Source of the DNA: the human T2T-CHM13v2.0 reference genome, Homo sapiens
NCBI RefSeq assembly: GCF_009914755.1
Contig: NC_060931.1
Strand: one strand, 5' to 3'
DNA: 64,000 nucleotides
Under the pieces are notes generated by a model that did no database searches, was not told the DNA's origin, and saw only the letters and a program-made list of their open reading frames with translations. Below are positions 55,222 through 64,000 of the stretch, in pieces. Made by a program: the position numbers and the translations under genes. The first letter of the stretch is position 1. Each line of letters opens with the position of its first letter.

Positions 55222-55780
55222 TACATGGAAATTAAATAAAATGCTCCTGAATGACGACTGGGTTAATGAATAAATTATAAAAGGAATCATAACATTTTGT
55301 GAAACCAACGAAAATAAAAACACTGCATACCTAAAGCTATGGGATACAGCAAGAGCAGTACTAAGATAAAATTTATAATGATAAACGCCTACATTAAACA
55401 GTGGAAGGATTTCAAATAATCTAATGATGCCCCTCAAAAAACTGAAAAAGCAACAACAAACAAAACTAAAAATTAATGGAAAGAAAGAATAAAAGCGAAC
55501 CAGAACTAAGTGAAATAGAGCCTACAAAAACAATACAAAATATCAATGAAATGAAAAGTTGGTTTTTTTGGAAAGATAAATTTAAAAATCATTAGCTAGA
55601 TTAAAACAGACATAAGTACCAAATAAAATCAAAAACAAAAAAAAAGACATTGCAATTAGTACTACAGAAGTATAAAGGATCATTATTAACTACTGAAAGC
55701 AACTGTGCCCCTCACAGATTGGAAAACCTAGAAGAAATAAACAATTCATAAACATATATAACCTACCAAGACTGAACCAA

Positions 55781-55820
55781 GAAGAAATAGAAAACTTGAA
55801 GAAGAAATAGAAAACTTGAA
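55781..55820. repeat. Perfect 20-bp tandem duplication
   Basis: gaagaaatagaaaacttgaa x2. Confidence 0.95.
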
Positions 55821-56645
55821 TAGACCAATAACAAATAAAGAAATTGGATCGGTAATGAAAGTGTCCCAGTAAAGAAAAGCTCAAGTCTGGATGGCTTTAA
55901 TGCTACATTCTACCAAACTTACAAAAACTTAACACCCATTAAAAACAAACAAACAAACAAAAACTATTCCAAAACATTAAAAAGGAGGGAATTTCTTTTT
56001 AGGTCATTCCATGAAACCAACATTACTCTGATACCTAGACCAGGCAAAGATGCAACCAACAAAGAAAGGTACATACAGTCCTGTATCCCTGATAAATACA
56101 GACACAAAAATTCTCAACAAAATGCTAGCAAATCAAATATAACAAGGCATCAAAACGATAGTACATCATAATAAATTATAATTCTTCCCAGGGATGCAAG
56201 AATGTTTTAATATGCACAAATCTATAATTGTGATACATAATATCAGTATAATAAAGGACAAAACCCATCGGATTTTCTCAATAAACTCAGAAAAAGCCTT
56301 TGATAATATTTAGCATCTTTCATGATAAAGACTCACAACAAATTGGGTATAGAAGGAAAATACATCTAAACAATAAAGGCCACATATAACAAACTCACAG
56401 TTAACATCATACTGAACTGGAGAAAATAAAATGAAAGCCTTTTATCGAAGTTCAGAAACAAAACTAGGATGCTCATTTTTACCACTTTTATTAAATGGTG
56501 TACTGGAAGTCTTAGTCAAAGCTATTAGGCAAGAGAAAAAATAAGGGGCATCCAAATAGGAATGGAGTAAGTCAAATTGTCTTTGCTTGTAGAAAACATG
56601 ATCTGATATTTAGAAAAACCTAGTGACTCCAACTAAAAACTATTA

Positions 56646-57005
<360 letters not shown>

Positions 57006-57170
57006 TTACGTACACCAACACAAAACAGTGTGGAGAGGAAATTTCAAAAGCAATTCCATTTGCAATAGAGACAAAACATAAATAAAATACCTAAGAATGA
57101 ATTTAACCAAAGAAGTAAAAGATCTTACAATAAAAACTGTAAAACACTGTTGAAAGGAATTAAAGAATAC

Positions 57171-57374
57171 AGATTATTTCATCACCCCGGTATTAAAGCC
57201 TAGTACCCATTAGTTATTTTTCCTCATCCTCTCCTTCCTCCTACCCTCCACCCTGCTGTTCCCCTCTATGTGTCCATGTGTTCTCATCGTTTAGCTCCCA
57301 CTTAAAAGTGAGAACATGTGGTATTTGTTTTTCTGATCCTGTGTTAGTTTGCTAAGGATAATAAAAGTCTAAAC
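57171..57374 (-). mobile_element. L1PA (about L1PA11-15) 3'UTR micro-insertion, mostly inverted
   Basis: agattatttcatcacc...gctaaggataat antisense, then aataaaagt plus A-rich; TSD aaaggaattaaagaatac / aaagaaatgaaagaatac. Confidence 0.85.
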
Positions 57375-58396
57375 AAAGAAATGAAAGAATACACAAAAAT
57401 GGAAAGATATTCCATTCATGGATTGGAAGAATTAATATTTTAAAATGTGCTTAGTAAACAAAACAATTTACAGTCTCAAGGTAATCTCCATCAATATAAA
57501 AATTATATTTCTAACATGAATAAAAAAGCAATCCTAAAATTCGTATGAAACCAAAAAATAACCCCAAATAGCCTAAGCAATCATGAGGAAAAGAACCAAG
57601 CTGGTGGCATTACACTACCTGACTTCAAAATATACTACTAAGCTATAGTAATCAAAATAGCATGATATTGCTATAAAAACAACACATTGAACATTGGAAC
57701 AAAATAGAGAATACAGAAATATATACACATATTTACAGTCAATTCATTTTTTACAAAGGCACCAACACCATGCATTGGGGAAAGGACTGTCCCTTCAATA
57801 ATTGGTGTTGGAAAGATGGAAAATTCACATGCCAAAGAAGGAAACTAGACTCTTATTGCTCATCACATACAAAAAAAAAAATTAAAATAGATTAAAGAGG
57901 TAATTGTGGTATCTGAAACTGTCATACTACTAGAAGAAAATTTTGAGGAAATTCTTCAGGACACTGGTCTGGGCAAATATGTTTTGGTTATGGGAAGACT
58001 AAAAGCATAAACAAAAAAGTAAAAGCAGACAAATGGGATTATATCAGGCTAAAAGCTTTTACATAGCAAAGGAAAAGCACAGTGAAGAGATGAACTACAG
58101 AATGGAAGAAAAATATTTGCAAATCTCAACATAAGATTGGCACAAGAATATATGATGAACACAAAAAAGTGAACAGCAATAATAATGACAATACTACTAC
58201 TACTACTAATAATAATAATAATACAATTAAAATAGGCAAATGATGTGGAGTATTTCTCAGAAGATATCAGTGGTCAACAGGTATGTAAAAAAATGTTCAT
58301 TATCATGAATCATCAAAGAAATGTGAATCTAAACCAGAATGCATTATTATTTCATCCCAGTTAAAATGGCTATTATCCAAAATACAATAAACTTAA

Positions 58397-61300
58397 GGGA
58401 TTTTAAAACTGATGACTAGAAATATTTTGTACTCACTTCCTCCATTAGAAAGAATCAAAACAAGGACATTATAATCAAACTTTAAATAGATCACCTAGGA
58501 GCAAACATTGGAATTCAACAGAGAAATAACTGGTAACTCTAATGTCAAGAAAAGAGAGATAAACAAGGGAGCCTGCTAGGCTAAGATTGACTGGGAGCCC
58601 ACTGAGTCTCCCCAGTGTGAGCAAATAGTAAGTGAGTGACCAGTAGCAGTCCACATTTCCACCCCAGATTCCTGCTACGGGACAGCCCCTCAACCCACAT
58701 GGGCCCTGAGACTAATATAGGAAGATCCCTCAATACCATATGACATCATTGCTTCAGAGTGGGAGCTCACACTGGATCTCATACACCCCGAGTTCTCAGA
58801 AGCTACAGCATGGTGCTGCATTGAGAACCCAGCCACCATCAGACTGCATCTTAACCTGGAGTCCAATAACTCCTGCATCTAAACATCCTGGAGCCTCACT
58901 GACATCCCCAATCCACAGCAAGTCAACACTGCCAGCTGTTTCTGCCACCATCAAAGCACATGTCATTATAGTTACCCTGCCACCCTCAGCAGCAGGACTG
59001 CCTTGCATTTGCAAGCACCCCAAAGACAGGCTACCCTGCTTGCAACCACCATTTAAAGCCAAAACACACACTCCTCATGCACCTGTTTACCACTGAAAGC
59101 AATGTTGCCCTACTCAGCAGCAAGGCTATAGCACAGCCACTGCTGTCTCCACCTCAGAATTTTGCTGGGTGGCTGGATGTCATCTCACCCCTGCCCCCCA
59201 AAGCCAGAAGGCACACTTGGAGGCCCGATGACAGGCCCAACGAGTCTGTCTCCACCCCTGCTCACAGTGCCTGAGCACACCGTCCAAAGGCCTGGGAATT
59301 GCTCAGCCTTATACATAACCTTTGGTGCCTGAGCACTCCTCTCCACCTGAAGATCGGCCCTCCCAGATGGGCCCTCCAAACCTGCCAGTGTCAGTAAAGT
59401 TGGAAACCACATATATCTACCATCACCAGGCATAGACACTGGCCCAACAAGACTATTGTAGCCACAACCAATACCAGCATAGACCACTTGAGACCCAGAT
59501 GATTGTCCCTCCACTGCTACTGTCATCACCTATAGCAGACCTACTCCTCAGGGTCTCAAGGTCCTATGCACCTGCCCAATCTACTGCTGCCACTGCTGGC
59601 CTTCAAGAAAAGCCACCTGAAAGCCAAGAATTGGCCTGCCTTGACACACTAACACAAGTACCAGCGTATTCAGCCCTGGGACTCAAGAACAGGCATATTT
59701 GGCATGCAGCCGCCACCACTGAAGCCTGAGGACAGCTCATCTGATGTCCTCATTCTCATCAAAACTTTATCACAGCCTCTACTAACCACACCCTAAGCCA
59801 CTAAGGAAATCAGGCACCACTGGTGCTATTTACAGCCAAAGTAATCATATGAAGACATAACTATTGCATGCACCCAGAACTGAAAGCAACAGCAGATTTC
59901 TCACAAAAACTTTACAGGTTGGTATAGAATTAGATGATATATTCAAAGTGCTGAAAGAAAACACTGTCAGCCAAGAATACTACATCCAGAAAACTTATTA
60001 TTCATAGATGAAGGAGAAATACAGTTTTTCTCAGACAATCAAAACCTGAGGGAATTCATTACCATTAGACTGGCCACACAAAAAAATGTTTAAGAGAGTC
60101 TAACACCTGGAAGTGAAAGAACAATACCTATCATCATGCAAATGTAGGAAAGAAAAACCTACTGGTAGAGGAATCACACAAAGAAGAGAATGGACTCAAC
60201 TATTAGCACTACAGAAAACCACCAAACCATAATGATAAAAATAGTGAAACAAATGAAAGATATACAAAACACAACCAGAAACCAATTAATAAAATGACAA
60301 AAATCAGATCTCATATATCAATCATAACCTTGAAAATAAATATTTAAACTTTTCACCTAAAAGATATAGACTGATTTTTTTCAATGACCCAACTATATGC
60401 TGTCTACAAGAAACTCATCTCACCTGTAAAGACATGTATGTAGGCTTAAATAAAAGGAATGAAAAAAATAATCTATGCAAACGAAATCCAAAAATGAGCA
60501 AAGTTAGCTATACTTTTATTAGATAAAACAGATTTCAAGTCAAAATCAGTAAAAAGAGATAAGAAAGATCAGTATACAATGATTAGGGGATCAATTCAGC
60601 AACAGAATATAACAATTCAAAATATATATGCATTCAACACCGGATAACTCACATATATAAAACAAATATTAGAGCTAACGGGAGATACAGACTTTAATAC
60701 AATCATAGTTGGGGACTTCAACACCTCACTCTCAGTATTAGACACATGAAATAGAAAAAAATATTTATAAAGAAACTAGAATTTATGTTGTGCTTTAGAT
60801 TAAATGCACCTAACAGGCACAGAACATTTCATCCAATCACTATAGAACACAAATTCTTCTCATGCACACATGAAACATTCTCTCAGCTAGAACATATGTT
60901 AGGACATAAAGTAATTCTCAGCTAATTTTAAAATATGAAAATCATATCAAGCATTTTCTCAGACCACAACAGCTAAAAATTAAAATTCAATAATAAGAAG
61001 AACTTTGAAAACTGTACAAATACAGTTAAATTGTACAACATTCTCCTGAATGAACATTGGGTCAAGAAAAATTTAAGGAAGAAATTTAAAAAGTCTTGAC
61101 ACATGAAAATTGAAACACAATATACAAAAATCTTTGGAGTACTGCAAAACCACTGCTAAGAGGGTAGAGTTTATAGCAATAAATGCCTTCATCAAAAAAG
61201 TAGAGAGATTTCAAATAAATAACAATGCATCTTAAGGAACTAGAAAAGTAAGAACAAACCAAACCCAGATTTGGAGAAAGAGACAAAGAATAAAGATCAG

Positions 61301-64000
61301 AGGAAACAAAACAAAATAGAGACTAAAAAATTAATACAAAGTATCAACAAAACAAAATTTGGTTTTTTTTTTGAAAATATAAGAAAATTTGATAAACTAC
61401 TAGCTAGAATAACCAGGAAAAAAGACAGATGATTAAATAAATAAAATTAGATATGAAAATGGTGATCTACAACTGATACCGTAGAAATACAAACGTTATC
61501 AGAGATGATTATGAACTATACACTAACAAACTTGAAAACCTAGAGAAAACAAATAAATTCCTAAACATACCACTTACTGTGATTCAATCAGGAAAATGTA
61601 GAAAACTTGAACAGACCAATAATGGGTCATGAGATTGAACCCTAATAAAATTGCCCCAGTGAATAAAAGTCCAGGGTCAGTTGGTTTTACTGCCAACTTC
61701 TTCCAAACATAACAAAAAAATTAATACCAATTTTCTCCAAACTCTGACCAAAATTTGAAGAGGAGGGAATTCTCCCTTACTCATTCAATGAGTCTAACAT
61801 TACCCTGATACTAGACAAGTATGCAAGAAATATGTGAAACCATAAAACAATATTCCTGATGAATACAGATGCAAAAATTTCCAACAAAATAGAAGAAAAT
61901 AAAATCTGCACATCAAAAATGTAATAACACCATAATCAAGTGGAATTTATGCCAGGGATGCAAGGATGATTCAAGCTATGCAAAGCAATAAATATGATAA
62001 ATTATATCAACAGATTGAGGGCCAAAAACCATATGATCATCTCAATAGACACAGAAAAAAACATTGGCAATACTCAACATCCCTTTATGATAAAAATTTT
62101 TCAACAAGCTAGGCATAGAAGGAACAAACCTCAACATAGTAAAGACAAAATATGAGAAACATACAGCTACCATGACACTGAATGGAGAATAGCTGAAAGT
62201 CTTTCCTGTAAGAACTGGAATAAGACAATGATCCCCACTTTCACCATTCCTACACAACATAGAGCTGTAAGTTCTAGCCAAAGCAATCAGGCAAGAGAAA
62301 GAAATAAAAGCATCCTAATTGGAAAAAGAGAAGGCACATTACCCCTCTTTGCAGATGGGATGATCTTATACATATAAAAACCTAAAAACCACCAAAACTT
62401 CTTATATGTGATAAACAGTTTCAGTGAATTTGCAGTATACAAAATCAACACACAGAATTTGTAATGTTTCTACATACCAATATTGAACTAGTTGAGAAAG
62501 AAATCAAGAAGGCAATCTCAAGTATAATAGCTACAAAAAATTCACCTACAAATAAATTTAACTAAGAAGGTGAAACACCTCTACAACCTCTACAAGGAAA
62601 ACTACAAAACAATGATGAAAGAAATTTAACAAGACACAAAGAAAGGGAAAGACATCCCATGATCTTGGATTTAAAAAATTAATATTGTTAACATGGTCTT
62701 ATGACATAAACCAATCTATAGATTCAGGGCAATCTTTCTCAAAATAGCAATGTCATTTATTCACAAAAATAGAAAAAATTAATGCTAAAGTTTTTATGAA
62801 ACCAAAATAGAGCCTTGAGTGGTAAAAGTAATACTGAAGGTGATAAAATACTGGAGGCATTACACTACCTAGTTTTACAATATATTACAAAGCTATATAA
62901 ATCAAAACAGCATGGTATAGTATAAAAACAGACACATAGTCCAGTGGAACAGAATAGAGAAGCCAGAAATAAATGGACATATTTACATTGAAATGATTTT
63001 TATTAAGGCCTCAAAAACATACATTGGAAGAAAGGTAATGATGCTGGAAAATTTAGATATCTATATGCAGAAAAAATAAAAATGGATCCATATCTCTCAA
63101 CATATTCAAAAATCAACTCAAAATGGATTAATTACTTAAACATAAGACATGCATTTATAAAACTACTGAAGGAAAACATAGTGGAAACACTTCAGGACAC
63201 TGGATCTAGGCAAAGATTTTATGGTTAAGACCTCAAAAGCACAGGCAACAGAAACAAAAATGAACAAATAAGACTATATTAAACCAAAACACTTCTGCAC
63301 AGCAAAGGTAAGAATCAACAGAGTAAAGAGACAACTTGTTCAACGGGAAAAATATTTCACCTAAGAAGGGGCTAATATCTAGAATATACAAGGAACTTAA
63401 ACAACTCAAGAGTAAAAAAGAAGCCAGCAAACAACAACAACAACAACAAAAAAAAAACATTTAAAAGTGGGCAAAGGACATATATAATCATTTCTCAAAA
63501 GAAGACATAAAAATGGCCAATACCCATATAAAGACAGTGTTCAACATTACTAATTTTCAGAGAAATGCAAATTAAAATCATAGTGAGAAATATTGTTACC
63601 TCAGTGAGAACCGATACTGTTAAAAAGTAAGAAATAATGTTGGCAAGGATGTGGAGTAAGGGAAGATCCTATTACTGGTTGTGGGGATCTAAATTAACAC
63701 AGCCACTATGGAGAACAGTATAGATATTTCTAAAAAATCTAAAAATAGAACTACCGTACAATCCAGCAATCTCACTACTGGATATTTATCCAAAGGAAAA
63801 GAAATCAGTGGTCAACAAGGTACCTGCACCTCACAATGATTGCAGCACTATTCACAACATCAAAGTTATGGAATAAATGTAAGTGTCCATAAACAGACAA
63901 ATGAATAAAGAAACATGGTTTATGTAAGTGTCCATAAACAGACAAATAAATAAAGAAACAATGGAATACTTTTCAGACATAAGAATGAAATCATATCATT
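58397..64000 (+). mobile_element. Second old L1 (L1M2/L1MA-like), 5'UTR to late ORF2, running off the window
   Basis: GC-richer 5'UTR 58397-59880; 3' part of ORF1 (cagcagatttctc...cagccaagaatac); ORF2 from about 60295 (ggggacttcaacac, gccagggatgcaaggatg, tttgcagatgggatg). Confidence 0.88.
63877..63964. repeat. 45-bp tandem duplication in L1
   Basis: atgtaagtgtccataaacagacaaat(g/a)aataaagaaaca twice. Confidence 0.9.

Overview
AT-rich primate genomic DNA (AluY copies point to a catarrhine, probably human), intergenic or deep-intronic and mostly made of interspersed repeats. I see no credible protein-coding exon, RNA gene or CRISPR array; the ORF track is largely explained by Alu, L1, LTR and low-complexity sequence. 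Main contents: a near full-length L1MA-type L1 (12.1-19.6 kb, minus); a 5'UTR+ORF1-only L1 with an apparent TSD (35.2-36.9 kb); a TSD-flanked, internally deleted ERVL provirus (42.6-51.5 kb) holding nested MLT1, AluY, MER58, LTR9 and a three-LTR THE1 composite; two plus-strand old L1s (53.8-64 kb); nine Alus; ERV1 solo LTRs (LTR1-, LTR28-, LTR9-, MER89-like); MaLR LTRs; hAT MITEs (MER53, MER5A, MER33, MER81); and MIR/L2 remnants. I could not support a new biological system. The best observations are structural: the chimeric three-LTR THE1, the nested ERVL, a twin-priming L1 micro-insertion, the 3'-truncated L1, and a perfect 137-bp tandem duplication. Family names come from recalled consensus sequences and need RepeatMasker/Dfam confirmation. 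Boundaries of old elements are approximate.
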